The notes below the pieces were generated by a model. It worked only from the letters and a program-made list of their open reading frames with translations. It did no database searches and had not been told where the DNA came from. Source: Mageeibacillus sp. UBA5436 (lineage in GTDB: Bacteria; Bacillota; Clostridia; Saccharofermentanales; DTU023). From it: 64,000 nt of DNA. Both the position numbers and the translations under genes were made by a program. Positions 27,873 through 38,190 of the stretch are shown here, one piece after another. Position 1 is the first letter of the stretch; every line of letters starts with the position of its first letter. The stretch spans positions 12,383 to 76,382 of the forward strand of contig DIRM01000046.1 in assembly GCA_002427545.1 (NCBI GenBank). The letters are read 5' to 3'.

Positions 27873-29711
27873 ATGTCTAGAGTAATAGGAATTGATTTAG
27901 GAACAACAAATTCATGTGTAGCAGTATTAGAAGGCGGAGAGCCAGTTGTCATACCCAATCCAGAGGGTGCCAGAACAACACCATCCGTAGTAGCATTTAG
28001 TAAAGACGGCGAACGTTTAATTGGCGCTATTGCCAAACGTCAAGCAACCAGTAATCCAGATCGTACGATTACATCTATTAAACGTGAAATGGGTTCAGAT
28101 TTTCGTGTGAATATTGATAATAAACAATATTCACCACAAGAAATCTCCGCAATGATTTTACAAAAAATGAAATCAGATGCAGAAGAATATTTAGGTGAAA
28201 CAGTAACACAAGCTGTTGTTACCGTACCTGCTTATTTCAGTGATGCGCAAAGACAAGCAACACAAGATGCTGGTAAAATTGCTGGCTTAGAAGTACTTCG
28301 TATTATCAATGAACCAACAGCAGCTTCATTAGCTTATGGACTAGATAAAGAAAGTGATCAAAAAATTGTTGTCTTTGACTTAGGTGGTGGTACATTTGAT
28401 GTATCTGTAATGGAAATTGGTGATGGCGTTTTTGAAGTTTTAGCTACATCAGGTAATAATCGTCTAGGTGGCGATGATTTTGATGAAAGAATCGTTCAAT
28501 ATTTAATCGCTGAGATGAAACGTGATCAAGGTATTGATTTGAGTAAAGATAAATTAGCTTTACAAAGATTAAAAGAAGCGGCTGAAAAAGCTAAAATTGA
28601 ATTGTCAGGCGTTAACTCGACAAATATCAACCTACCTTATATTACAGCGGGTGCTGATGGTCCAAAACATTTGGATGTTACTTTGACCAGATCAAAATTT
28701 GATGAATTAACAGATGATTTAGTTCAAAAAACAATGGACCCTTTAAAACAAGCTTTAAAAGATGCAGATTTAAAACCATCCGAAGTAGGAAAAATTCTCT
28801 TGGTAGGTGGTTCAACTAGAATTCCTGCCGTTCAAGATAATGTAAATAAATATTTTGGTAAAGAACCATTCAAGGGCATTAATCCTGATGAATGTGTTGC
28901 CATGGGTGCAGCTATTCAAGCAGGCGTTTTATCAGGTGATGTCAAAGATTTACTATTACTTGACGTGACACCATTATCTTTAGGAATTGAAACCTTAGGC
29001 GGCGTGATGACAAAAATCATCGATCGAAATACAACCATTCCAACCAAGAAAAGCCAAGTTTTCTCAACGGCTCAAGACGGTCAAACTCAAGTTGAAGTTC
29101 ATGTCTTACAAGGTGAAAGAGAATTTGCCAAAGATAATAAAACTTTAGGTAATTTTGTTTTAGACGGTATTGCTCCTGCAGCAAGAGGCATTCCTCAAAT
29201 TGAAGTTACTTTTGATATTGATGCTAATGGTATTGTTAATGTATCAGCTATAGACAAAGGTACGAATCGCGAGCAAAAGATTACAATCACAGCTTCTTCT
29301 AATTTAAATGAAGATGAAATTAATAAGGCTGTTCAAGATGCAGAAAAATTTGCTGAAGAAGACAAGAAACGTAAAGAAAAAATTGAAGTGAAAAACCAGG
29401 CAGACAGTACGGTTTATCAAACAGAAAAAACCTTAAATGAATTAGGTGATAAGATTGATGCGTCAGAAAAAGAATCCGTCGAAAAAGAAATTGAAGTATT
29501 GAAAAAAGCGATTGAAAAAGATGATACAGATGAAATGAAAACAGCAATGGAATCTGTACAACAAGCCTTTTATAAAGTTTCAGAGAAATTATATCAAGAA
29601 CAGGCGCCAGAAGCTGATGTACATCAAAATGCTAACCCTGATCAAAGCGGTGGAAATCCAGGCGGAACTTATGAAGCTGACTTTAAAGATGCTGGTTCTG
29701 ACGACGAATAA
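27873..29711 (+). CDS. dnaK: Chaperone DnaK (Hsp70)
   Basis: [24 protein letters not shown] and [11 protein letters not shown]-type motifs. 612 aa. Confidence 0.98.
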   Translation: MSRVIGIDLGTTNSCVAVLEGGEPVVIPNPEGARTTPSVVAFSKDGERLIGAIAKRQATSNPDRTITSIKREMGSDFRVNIDNKQYSPQEISAMILQKMKSDAEEYLGETVTQAVVTVPAYFSDAQRQATQDAGKIAGLEVLRIINEPTAASLAYGLDKESDQKIVVFDLGGGTFDVSVMEIGDGVFEVLATSGNNRLGGDDFDERIVQYLIAEMKRDQGIDLSKDKLALQRLKEAAEKAKIELSGVNSTNINLPYITAGADGPKHLDVTLTRSKFDELTDDLVQKTMDPLKQALKDADLKPSEVGKILLVGGSTRIPAVQDNVNKYFGKEPFKGINPDECVAMGAAIQAGVLSGDVKDLLLLDVTPLSLGIETLGGVMTKIIDRNTTIPTKKSQVFSTAQDGQTQVEVHVLQGEREFAKDNKTLGNFVLDGIAPAARGIPQIEVTFDIDANGIVNVSAIDKGTNREQKITITASSNLNEDEINKAVQDAEKFAEEDKKRKEKIEVKNQADSTVYQTEKTLNELGDKIDASEKESVEKEIEVLKKAIEKDDTDEMKTAMESVQQAFYKVSEKLYQEQAPEADVHQNANPDQSGGNPGGTYEADFKDAGSDDE

Positions 29712-29806
29712 TTAATAGTAGAAGAATAAATAAAAAATATAAAAAGCTGAATAGTTGAAGAAGAAAAGCTTAAAATGCTACAATACTAATTCAGTGAGAT
29801 TTTAAG

Positions 29807-29832
29807 CCCGCTATTCGGCAACGGATAGCGGG
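29807..29832 (+). other. Stable hairpin with a GCAA tetraloop in the dnaK-dnaJ spacer (possible attenuator or processing/stabiliser element)
   Basis: cccgctattcg-gcaa-cggatagcggg, about 11 bp. It is followed by atttatc, which is a poor T-run, so it is not a strong terminator. Confidence 0.4.
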
Positions 29833-29869
29833 ATTTATCAGCCAATACATAATAAGGAGGTTATGATCA

Positions 29870-31021
29870 GTGTCGGCTAAACGAGATTATTATGAAGTTT
29901 TAGGTGTCCCAAAAGACGCTGATGAAAACCAAATTAAACGAGCCTTTTGGAAACTTGCAAAAAAATATCATCCAGATGTTAATCAAGACGATCCAGATGC
30001 TGAAAAAAATTTCAAAGAAGCGAATGAAGCTTATGAAGTATTAAGCGACAAAGAAAAACGTCAAAGATATGATCAATTTGGTCATGCTGGCGTTGATGGT
30101 CAAGGATTTGCTGGTGATGGATTTGGTTTTGACATTAATCTAGAGGATATCTTTAACTCGATTTTTGGTGATTTCGGTATGGGTGGCTTTGGTGGTAGAA
30201 CGAGCGGTAGGCAAGGTTCTATACCAGGAGCAAATTTACGATATCGTATGAACTTAGACTTTATGGAAGCTGCTTTTGGAACCGAGCGTGAAATTAAGAT
30301 CAGAAAAGAAGATCTTTGTACACGCTGTCATGGCAATGGAACAGCAGATGGGTCTGAAGCTCCAATTTGTGAAACCTGTCACGGTTCTGGCCAAGTAATG
30401 GGTGTACAAAGAACGATGTTTGGTCAGGTTAGAACCAATCAAACATGTCCCACTTGTCACGGTTCAGGCAAAAAAATAACGGATCCATGCTCTGTATGTA
30501 AAGGTACTGGCAGAAAGATGATTAACAAAAAGTTAAGTGTTAAGATTCCAGCTGGTATCAATGAGCGAGAAATGCTCACATTATCTGGTGAAGGTGAACC
30601 AGGGACTCAAGGAGCACCTTATGGGGATTTATATGTAGAAATCCATATTAAACCACATCCTATCTTTTCCAGACAAGGAAATACGACCTTTTGCACTGTG
30701 CCTGTAACTTTTGCCCAAGCTGCTTTAGGCCTTGAAATAACGGTACCTACAATAGATGGAAGTGAAACTTATAAATTAAAAACAGGTACGCAGCCAGGCG
30801 ATATTATTACCATACGCAATAAAGGAATTCCTTATATAAATCGTCCTAATTTACGTGGAGATCATAAATTACAAGTTGAATTAGAAGTCCCTCAAAACCT
30901 CAATAAGGAGCAAAGCGAATTATTAGAAAAATTTGAGGCTAGTATGAATGAAGATAATTATAAAAAGAGAAAAGGCTTTTTAAATAAGTTGAAAAATTTA
31001 TTTAAAGATGCGGAAAGATAA
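29870..31021 (+). CDS. dnaJ: Co-chaperone DnaJ (Hsp40)
   Basis: GTG start after AAGGAGG. J-domain (DYYEVLGV...KYHPD), Gly/Phe-rich region, and four CxxCxGxG zinc-finger repeats. Confidence 0.96.
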   Translation: MSAKRDYYEVLGVPKDADENQIKRAFWKLAKKYHPDVNQDDPDAEKNFKEANEAYEVLSDKEKRQRYDQFGHAGVDGQGFAGDGFGFDINLEDIFNSIFGDFGMGGFGGRTSGRQGSIPGANLRYRMNLDFMEAAFGTEREIKIRKEDLCTRCHGNGTADGSEAPICETCHGSGQVMGVQRTMFGQVRTNQTCPTCHGSGKKITDPCSVCKGTGRKMINKKLSVKIPAGINEREMLTLSGEGEPGTQGAPYGDLYVEIHIKPHPIFSRQGNTTFCTVPVTFAQAALGLEITVPTIDGSETYKLKTGTQPGDIITIRNKGIPYINRPNLRGDHKLQVELEVPQNLNKEQSELLEKFEASMNEDNYKKRKGFLNKLKNLFKDAER

Positions 31022-31022
31022 T

Positions 31023-32045
31023 ATGGACGAAAATAAAAAATGGATTATTTTCAGTTTTTCTACCAATCATGAATCTGCTTATGCGATTGAGCAGTTTTTA
31101 CAAATGCAAGGGGCAGAAGGAATTACGGTAGAAGATAAAGCCGATTTTTTAAAAACATTTGAAGAACAAAAGAGACCGGATGTTATTATTGCTGATTATC
31201 TAGAAAATTTAAGCTTTGATGTAAAAATTGAAGCTTATTTTTTATTTGAAAACAATCAATTACAAGTGAATAAGGATCCTCTTATAACTGAATTTGGTCA
31301 AATTAATTCTGAAAAATGGATTTCTATTTCAGAATTTGAACAGATTATAAAAAATACACTTGAGAATATAGCTGAAATTTCACCAATAGGAAAAGGGTAT
31401 TTGTCTTATCGTATTTTACAAAATGAAGATTGGCAAAATAATTGGAAAGAATATTATAAAACACAAAAATTTGGCCGGATTATTATTAATCCCAGCTGGA
31501 TAGATTATGAAGCCAACGACGATGAAATCGTTCTAAATCTTGATCCAGGTTCAGCTTTTGGAACTGGTACGCATGAATCTACTTCCCTTATATTAAAAAT
31601 TTTGAGTGAATTTGACCAAATTGATTTGCCTGGTAAAAATATACTTGATTTAGGGACAGGAAGCGGTATCTTGGCTATTACAGCTAAAAAAATTTTTACG
31701 GACAGTCAAATCACCGCTATTGATATTGACGAACATGCTATTGAGGTCGCGAGAGAAAATGCGGTAAAAAATAATTGTAAAATTCATTTTGAAACAGCTG
31801 AACTGAAAGATTTAAACCAAAAATATGATTTGATTTTAGCTAATTTAATAGCAGCGATTCATTTGGATCTAAGCTCTTTATACACAGAAAAATTGAATGA
31901 AAATGGTCTTTTAATTGTTTCAGGCATTATTGCAAGTCGCGAGGCTGAAGTAAAACAAGCATTTAAACAACAAAATTTAAAACTAATCGAAGAATATCAT
32001 GAAAATGATTGGGCTGCTTTGATTTTTCGAAAAAATCAACAATAA
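31023..32045 (+). CDS. prmA: Ribosomal protein L11 methyltransferase
   Basis: Start taken as the ATG at 31023, 1 nt after the dnaJ stop. DPGSAFGTGTHESTSL and LDLGTGSGILAI motifs. Conserved position after dnaJ. Confidence 0.9.
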   Translation: MDENKKWIIFSFSTNHESAYAIEQFLQMQGAEGITVEDKADFLKTFEEQKRPDVIIADYLENLSFDVKIEAYFLFENNQLQVNKDPLITEFGQINSEKWISISEFEQIIKNTLENIAEISPIGKGYLSYRILQNEDWQNNWKEYYKTQKFGRIIINPSWIDYEANDDEIVLNLDPGSAFGTGTHESTSLILKILSEFDQIDLPGKNILDLGTGSGILAITAKKIFTDSQITAIDIDEHAIEVARENAVKNNCKIHFETAELKDLNQKYDLILANLIAAIHLDLSSLYTEKLNENGLLIVSGIIASREAEVKQAFKQQNLKLIEEYHENDWAALIFRKNQQ

Positions 32046-32122
32046 GTTATTATAATGCGTTGAATAAAAAAATTACATAAAATTACAATAATATAAATAA
32101 ATATACATAAAAATACGAAAAT

Positions 32123-32170
32123 AAAGGTGTCTGATAACCAAATTCCAATTTGGTAGCAAACACCTTTTTT
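32123..32170. terminator. Long hairpin terminator between the convergent prmA and the CBS gene
   Basis: Outer stem aaaggtgt / acaccttt and inner stem accaaatt / aatttggt, followed by T6. Confidence 0.7.
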
Positions 32171-32181
32171 AACAAGATAAG

Positions 32182-32679
32182 TTAAATAGCTTGATGCTTA
32201 GCATAAAGCAAATCTTCTTTAGGAATAAGTTCAAAGTGATTATCTATTTCATGTATCAAATGATTCATTTTTTGCATGATTGTTTTTCTGGTAATAATAC
32301 CTTTAAAAACGTTATTCTCGTCTACAACAGAAACATAATTATGGTCAATTAAATTTCTCATAATTTCTTCTATATCGCTGCCTTCTAAACAGGTAGAATA
32401 ATCGCGACAAACAATCTCTTCAACTGTTTTTTCTCCTAGTAAATCCCAATTATAACAAACTTGATCTTTTATACCCTCAACAATATTTGGGATGGAAGCG
32501 GTTCCTAATAAATGATGCTGATTATCAACAACGGGGATAGAGCTATAACCAACATTTGATAAGATCATCATCGCATGTATTAGACTATTCTCGCCTCGTA
32601 CCGTTGCCACATTTTCTGATGAAATCATGATTGGATTTTCATGATCCAGCAGAATTTTTTTAATCTGTTTATTAATCAT
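32182..32679 (-). CDS. CBS-domain pair protein (YkuL/CbpB-like)
   Basis: 165 aa. Two CBS repeats (HAMMILSNVGYSSIPVVDNQHHLLG and NLIDHNYVSVVDENNVFKGIITRKTI). Confidence 0.7.
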   Translation of the reverse strand: MINKQIKKILLDHENPIMISSENVATVRGENSLIHAMMILSNVGYSSIPVVDNQHHLLGTASIPNIVEGIKDQVCYNWDLLGEKTVEEIVCRDYSTCLEGSDIEEIMRNLIDHNYVSVVDENNVFKGIITRKTIMQKMNHLIHEIDNHFELIPKEDLLYAKHQAI

Positions 32680-32844
32680 TAGACAAAACTCCTAACTATT
32701 AAATATTTTTCAGATTCTATTAATAGAATAGTTGAGGAATACGAATTAGACAAGAAGGAAATATTACAATATCAATAAAAAAGTTCATAATTAACAAATG
32801 TTCTTCAAAAATATCTCATAAAGAAAATGAAATTAAGTTTTAAA

Positions 32845-34443
32845 TCATAAATCTTTCTGAACAAAAGAATCACGAGCAATCCAAATTAATGCTAATGACA
32901 GAAAAATCCAATAAAGAAAAGGGATCCATATCGGAACCTGAAAAGTAAAGAAATTTTGATTTGTATCAAGCAAATAAGAATTAGACAAAAATTTTGGCAA
33001 ATCTTCAATTAAATAATTGGATAAATCTAGATACTCCATAGGTAAAAAAGCAAAAATAGCATGTATATTATTAGTTATTAATTTAATAAAATGATATATT
33101 CCCCAAACGCCAAATTGTAGAATCATTGAAAAACCAACTGCTATTGAAGTATTTCTAGTGATTGCAGACAAACATAGTGCAAAAAAACCAGCAATCCAAA
33201 TAAAAGGTAATTTAGATAAAGCTCGAAACAATAAATAAATGGGGAAACTAAAATTGCCATATGGAAAATTATTGGGAATATGAAGGAGAGTCAAAGAGCT
33301 AATCAAAGTGATAAAATAGACAAACAACATTCCCACCAGGCCAATAAGCATGGTGTTAAATAATTTTGCAAAAAAGATTTTAGACCTTTTGACTGGTGCT
33401 ATTATTAAACCCTTAATTGAACCGCTTGAAATTTCATGAGCTATGGCACCACCTGCTAAAATGATTATTAAAAAGATAATCATATAAGTACCATAATCCA
33501 GACAAAAATAACTGATACTGTAATTGGATGTAAATGCAGTTTGATCATTTAGTATGGTTTCATCCAAGTATGATAAGACAATATTTAAATCGTTTTCTGC
33601 TTTTTGCATTTGTTCTTGATTTAATGGTTCAAAATTTTGATTGTAACCTAATGCTAAAGATTGCCTTGATTCATCTCTTATGTTTTTCCAATTTGAGATT
33701 TGTTCAAACCCAGGATAATAATTTAAACCATTAGGGTTTGTTTTTAATTTGAGATCAAGATCAAACAATTGATCCTGTTTCTGCATTTCAGATAGCAGAG
33801 AGTTTTCTAAAATATGCTTTTTTTCTAATGAAATGTATTTCGAATAATTAGGTTGTTCTAATAATTGAGTAACTTGATTTATTCGAGTTTTTATTTGCTC
33901 TTCATTTAAATAACCAAAATTATTCATTGGAAAACTGCCATATTCTAATAAAAAGTCAGATTCTAAATTATCAATAAAGTTATCAGATTCAGAATTAGGA
34001 GCCATCTCTTGAGATTTTAATGCAAGAATCAAATCTTTTAATTCATAAATTAAATCACTTAAATAATCTTGATTATAAATATTGACTTGATTTTCAATAG
34101 CTAATTGATAAGTCATTAATTCACTTTTATTGTATTGCCATTCTAACTTCATATCTAAAAAATCATCATTTTCCTGATTTAAGCCGTTTTCAGATGCTTT
34201 TTGAATCTTTTTTTCTAAAGCATCAATTCGATTGATTAAATCAGTTTGATTGTCCTCTATTTCTGATTGCACCTCAGAAAAATTTCGTATTTCATAATTT
34301 TGTTGATTAGAATTGTTAATAACTCGATAAATAGAAGCAATACCCAAAATACCAAGTAAAATAAAAAGTAATATAACATAAACAATTATATGATGAATTG
34401 TTTTTGTCCATTCATTTCTTGATAAAGCAATAAGTTTATTCAA
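32845..34443 (-). CDS. ABC-2-type transporter permease with a ~290-aa extracytoplasmic coiled-coil insertion
   Basis: One N-terminal TM helix, then a long polar helical region rich in Asn, Gln and Glu, then about 5 C-terminal TM helices. Overlaps the upstream ABC ATPase gene by 8 nt. Confidence 0.7.
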   Translation of the reverse strand: MNKLIALSRNEWTKTIHHIIVYVILLFILLGILGIASIYRVINNSNQQNYEIRNFSEVQSEIEDNQTDLINRIDALEKKIQKASENGLNQENDDFLDMKLEWQYNKSELMTYQLAIENQVNIYNQDYLSDLIYELKDLILALKSQEMAPNSESDNFIDNLESDFLLEYGSFPMNNFGYLNEEQIKTRINQVTQLLEQPNYSKYISLEKKHILENSLLSEMQKQDQLFDLDLKLKTNPNGLNYYPGFEQISNWKNIRDESRQSLALGYNQNFEPLNQEQMQKAENDLNIVLSYLDETILNDQTAFTSNYSISYFCLDYGTYMIIFLIIILAGGAIAHEISSGSIKGLIIAPVKRSKIFFAKLFNTMLIGLVGMLFVYFITLISSLTLLHIPNNFPYGNFSFPIYLLFRALSKLPFIWIAGFFALCLSAITRNTSIAVGFSMILQFGVWGIYHFIKLITNNIHAIFAFLPMEYLDLSNYLIEDLPKFLSNSYLLDTNQNFFTFQVPIWIPFLYWIFLSLALIWIARDSFVQKDL

Positions 34444-35374
34444 TGGTAGTACCTCCTCCAGTTACTGAAATGTAGACTTCTTCCAGATTGGTTTGATAGG
34501 GGCAAATAGATAAAATTGCTAAATGTGCTTGACTTAAACGAAATATGATTTCGGGTATTTGTTTTTCTTCAATTGCCAGAATTAAGCTTGCTTCTTGATA
34601 TGGAGTTAATTTAAATTCAGAATTAATATCAAGTAATTCCATTGCTTGTCGTCTTGTTTTTTGATCAACAAACTTAATTGAAGTTAAATTTTTTTCGTTT
34701 TGTTTAATCAAATGATTTATTGATTGATTGTCTATTAGAATTCCTTTGTTAATAATAATAACTCGATCACATATTTTTTGGATTTCACTTAATTGATGGC
34801 TTGAAATTAAAATGGCCATACCTTTTTCATGTGACAAATCAATTAGTAAATCTCGTAATTCAAGAATACCTGAAGGGTCAAGACCATTAGTAGGTTCGTC
34901 TAAAATTAGAACTTTGGGTTTATGCAATAAAGCTTGTGCAATGCAAATTCTTTGCTTCATACCAAGCGAATAATTTTTGACTTTTTCATTAGCTCGTTTT
35001 TCTAAATGCAATAATTTGAGAACTTCATCAATACGAGATATAGGGACATTAGGGTGTAAGCGGCGATACATTTCTAAATTTAAACGTCCTGACAAATTAA
35101 AATACATTTCTGGATTTTCAACAATTCCGCCAATTTCTGCCATGGCTGCTTCATAATTTTTTTGATGATCTTTTCCTAAAATAGTAATACTGCCATGATC
35201 AACTGAAAGAAAGCCCATAATCATTTTAATAGTAGTGCTTTTGCCAGCACCATTTGGACCAAGAAAGCCAAGTATTTCACCACTATGTATATCAAAAGAT
35301 AAATCGTGAATGACTTCTTTTTCTCCGAAAAATTTATAAAGATTATTTACAGAAAGATAAACTTCTTTTTCCAT
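34436..35374 (-). CDS. ABC transporter ATP-binding protein (ABC-2 / DrrA-like subfamily)
   Basis: Walker A GPNGAGKST, signature YSLGMKQR, Walker B LILDEPTNGLD, H-loop SSH. Confidence 0.9.
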   Translation of the reverse strand: MEKEVYLSVNNLYKFFGEKEVIHDLSFDIHSGEILGFLGPNGAGKSTTIKMIMGFLSVDHGSITILGKDHQKNYEAAMAEIGGIVENPEMYFNLSGRLNLEMYRRLHPNVPISRIDEVLKLLHLEKRANEKVKNYSLGMKQRICIAQALLHKPKVLILDEPTNGLDPSGILELRDLLIDLSHEKGMAILISSHQLSEIQKICDRVIIINKGILIDNQSINHLIKQNEKNLTSIKFVDQKTRRQAMELLDINSEFKLTPYQEASLILAIEEKQIPEIIFRLSQAHLAILSICPYQTNLEEVYISVTGGGTTIE

Positions 35375-35435
35375 ATTACACCTGAGCTAAATAATTCTTC
35401 TCTTCTCTATAAGCATTGTACTGAATAGATCGTAC

Positions 35436-36053
35436 TCAATAGCTTTTACCATAATAATTCCAGAATTCATCTGGAATTATTATGGGAGATTGTACAATTT
35501 TCCAATTATCATTAGACTTTATCCAATAAATTTCTGATTGATTATAATAAGATCCATTAGAAGTGTAACCAACATCTTCATCAAAGATAAATTCAATATC
35601 AGCATTATTTGTTACTTTGATTCGTCCCAAGAGATTCCAATTAATTTCAGAGCCAAGACTTTCATAATTATAATTGACGATGTATTTTTGACTTAATATT
35701 GATTTTTCAATTAAGGCTTTAAGAGATTTTTTTTGATTTTCAAGTAATGTTTCATCAGCCAACATAGGTTTAATTTCTGATGATAGCTTTCGCCAATGGT
35801 TTTCGGCCATGTCATCAATAATTTCATTTAATAACTTTTCATCTCCTTCAGCATTTTGAATTTTACTAATTTCATCAGAGCTAAAAATCAATGCTTCAAT
35901 CGTTTTTTTCTGAAATTGTTGACCTTGTTTTCCTAAGGTTGAATGTATTTGATTTACTTGATTATTTTTAATACAGAAAATGGCTAATAAGATAGCAATA
36001 AAACTTAATAGAAAAATAAAACCAAAGTTTATTTTCTTCTTCCTTTTAATCAT
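35436..36053 (-). CDS. Membrane-anchored hypothetical protein
   Basis: N-terminal TM helix (FGFIFLLSFIAILLAIFCI). No motif I can assign. Co-directional with the ABC-2 genes, 61 nt upstream of them. Confidence 0.5.
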   Translation of the reverse strand: MIKRKKKINFGFIFLLSFIAILLAIFCIKNNQVNQIHSTLGKQGQQFQKKTIEALIFSSDEISKIQNAEGDEKLLNEIIDDMAENHWRKLSSEIKPMLADETLLENQKKSLKALIEKSILSQKYIVNYNYESLGSEINWNLLGRIKVTNNADIEFIFDEDVGYTSNGSYYNQSEIYWIKSNDNWKIVQSPIIIPDEFWNYYGKSY

Positions 36054-36287
36054 AAATTTTAATGCCTTTCATGTTTTTTAATATCTCAATAATTAAAAAA
36101 TTTGTATTGAAAAATTAAAATTTATTATAGTCTCAGATATGATCATTAACTATAAAAGTAATATAAAAATATATTATAAGTATAACATTATTAAAAACAG
36201 ATAAAATTGAGAAAACTTTAAGATATATAGTAAAGTTTTAACTTTTATTAAAAATCATGAAAATGATAACTTTAATTTTCAAGAGTA

Positions 36288-36318
36288 ATAAAAAACCGTT
36301 TGAGAAAGCCAAACGGTT
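36288..36318 (-). terminator. Rho-independent terminator after cysE
   Basis: aaccgtttg / caaacggtt stem. The plus-strand A-run at 36290-36295 supplies the T-run on the minus strand. Confidence 0.75.
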
Positions 36319-36365
36319 TAAATAAATAATTATGTTTTGAATAGTCAACGAAATTTTACTATGTT

Positions 36366-36920
36366 TTATTCAACTGAAATACGTTCTCCGTTTTTATCAC
36401 GAATGATATTTCTGGCTGAAACTCCGACTGCTGTAGCTCCTTCTGGTACATCATGAATCACAACGGCACCGGCACCAACTTTAGCATTATCGCCAATTAT
36501 AATAGGTCCAAGCATTGTAGAGCCTGCTCCCAAAATACAATTATTACCAACTGTTGGATGCCTTTTACAATCTTTTTCTTTTCCTGTTCCGCCTAAAGTA
36601 ACTCCATGAAAGATAGTAACATTGTCTCCAATAATAGCAGTTTCACCGATAACGACACCCATGCCATGATCAATAAAAAGATTATCACCAATCACCGCAC
36701 CTGGATGAATTTCAATTCCAGTTTTTTTTCTATTTCTTTGAGAAATCCAACGAGCTAGGGTATTATGGCCGCTTTTGTAAAGTTGATGTGCCCTGTTATG
36801 GCTCAATAAAGCACTGACCATTGGATACATAAACATAGCTTCAAATAAGGTTTTACAGGCAGGGTCTTCTCTTAAAATATGTTTACCAATGGTTACTCTT
36901 TTTTGCCAATTTTTTAACAT
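36366..36920 (-). CDS. cysE: Serine O-acetyltransferase
   Basis: Hexapeptide-repeat left-handed beta-helix (GIEIHPGAVIGDNLFIDHGMGVVIGETAIIGDNV...). Adjacent to cysK. Confidence 0.9.
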   Translation of the reverse strand: MLKNWQKRVTIGKHILREDPACKTLFEAMFMYPMVSALLSHNRAHQLYKSGHNTLARWISQRNRKKTGIEIHPGAVIGDNLFIDHGMGVVIGETAIIGDNVTIFHGVTLGGTGKEKDCKRHPTVGNNCILGAGSTMLGPIIIGDNAKVGAGAVVIHDVPEGATAVGVSARNIIRDKNGERISVE

Positions 36921-36923
36921 GTA

Positions 36924-37817
36924 TTAATCCTCAAAAAGGACAGTTGATAAATATCTCTCTGCCGTATCTGGTAAAACGGTCACTATTTTGCCAGATACTT
37001 CTTTAGCCATCTGTAGAGCAGCCACAACATTGGCTCCAGATGAAATACCAACTAATAGACCTTCTTCTTTTCCTAATCTTTTTGTCATCTCAATAGCATC
37101 ATCACTGCTTACAGTAATGGTTTTATCTATTATACTCAAATCAAGATTTTTTGGAATAAAATTGGCGCCAATACCTTGAATTTTATGTGCTCCAGCTTTG
37201 CCTGTAGTAATCAAAGGGGATTCAGCAGGTTCCATAGCCCAAACTTTAACTTGATCATTGTATTTTTTTAAGGCTCTTCCGATACCCGTGACTGTTCCAC
37301 CTGTACCAACACCTGCTACAAAACCAGAAATATCTGGTAAAGCATCGATGATTTCTGAACCAGTACCTTTTTCATGACTGAGTGGATTAGCAGGATTATT
37401 AAATTGATTGGGCATATAATAATTACCTTCAGATAATAATTCAGCAGCTTTATCATTTGCGCCTTTCATACCTTCAGAACCTGGAGTCAAAATAATTCTT
37501 GCTCCATAAGCTTCCATGAGTTTTCTTCTTTCTATACTCATTGTATCAGGCATGATTAATACAACTTCATAATTTAATTGAGAACCAAGCATGGCTAAGG
37601 CAATACCCATATTGCCTGAAGTTGACTCAACGATTTTCATACCAGGCCTTAATTCACCGTCATCAATAGCAGTTTTGAGCATAGTATAAGCAGGTCTATC
37701 CTTGATACTTCCAGCAGGATTCGTTTTTTCAATTTTGACATAAATACGCCCCGCACCAATTTTATTCAAATTGATTAATGGTGACTTGCCAATCGTATCA
37801 ATAATATTTTTATTCAT
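36924..37817 (-). CDS. cysK: Cysteine synthase A (O-acetylserine sulfhydrylase)
   Basis: Start taken as the ATG at 37817, 8 nt after AGGAAG (the track GTG at 37826 abuts the RBS). PLP-lysine motif NPAGSIKDR, plus TSGNMGIALA and GVGTGGT. Confidence 0.93.
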   Translation of the reverse strand: MNKNIIDTIGKSPLINLNKIGAGRIYVKIEKTNPAGSIKDRPAYTMLKTAIDDGELRPGMKIVESTSGNMGIALAMLGSQLNYEVVLIMPDTMSIERRKLMEAYGARIILTPGSEGMKGANDKAAELLSEGNYYMPNQFNNPANPLSHEKGTGSEIIDALPDISGFVAGVGTGGTVTGIGRALKKYNDQVKVWAMEPAESPLITTGKAGAHKIQGIGANFIPKNLDLSIIDKTITVSSDDAIEMTKRLGKEEGLLVGISSGANVVAALQMAKEVSGKIVTVLPDTAERYLSTVLFED

Positions 37818-38075
37818 AATAAACACTTCCTTTTATATAATAAACTATTGAAAAAGCAAAAATATGTTTTAAGTGCGTATAATTATTACTTTAAATTAAT
37901 TTATATTAACTGAAATAATAACATAGAAAAATGTTAACATACTAATTTAAGGAAAAGAATATTCGATTGTTACAGATTGTGATAAAAATTTCTTTAATTT
38001 TTAAATCTTGATATTATGATAATAATTAAGTATTTACTTCTTAGCTATAATTTTTTAAAAGATTTAAAAACTAGT

Positions 38076-38105
38076 TTGACTTATTCTTTTGTAAAATGCT
38101 AATAT
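38076..38105 (+). promoter_or_regulatory. SigA promoter with an extended -10, for the rplU operon
   Basis: TTGACT (38076-38081), 18-nt spacer containing TG (38097-38098), TAATAT (38100-38105). Confidence 0.55.
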
Positions 38106-38111
38106 ACCAAG

Positions 38112-38190
38112 GCGACCGCACGAAGACGGGTTATTTCAAGTGCTTAAAAGCCACCCTCAAAGGCGAGACTGATTTCAGGGAGGAAAATGA
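38112..38190 (+). promoter_or_regulatory. Candidate ribosomal-protein L21 leader RNA
   Basis: A locally GC-rich ~80-nt leader (ggcgaccgcacgaagacggg...aagccaccctcaaaggcgagac) between the promoter and the rplU RBS. A structured L21 leader is known upstream of rplU in Firmicutes. I could not verify the fold by hand. Confidence 0.4.

Noticed and set aside
36054-36365. 312-nt extremely AT-rich non-coding gap, considered as a possible sRNA or origin-like region.
   Set aside because: It has no DnaA-box clusters (TTATCCACA) and no conserved-looking structure. It contains the cysE terminator at one end and is plausibly just the promoter/UP-element region for the 35436-36053 gene.
37827-38075. Possible T-box or S-box/Cys-responsive leader upstream of cysK-cysE on the minus strand. 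Also considered upstream of gltX (19850-19989) and alaS (61256-61310).
   Set aside because: The regions are very AT-rich and short. I find no T-box core (AAnnnGGTGGTACCGCG-like) and no specifier-loop features. The gltX and alaS leaders are too short for a T-box.
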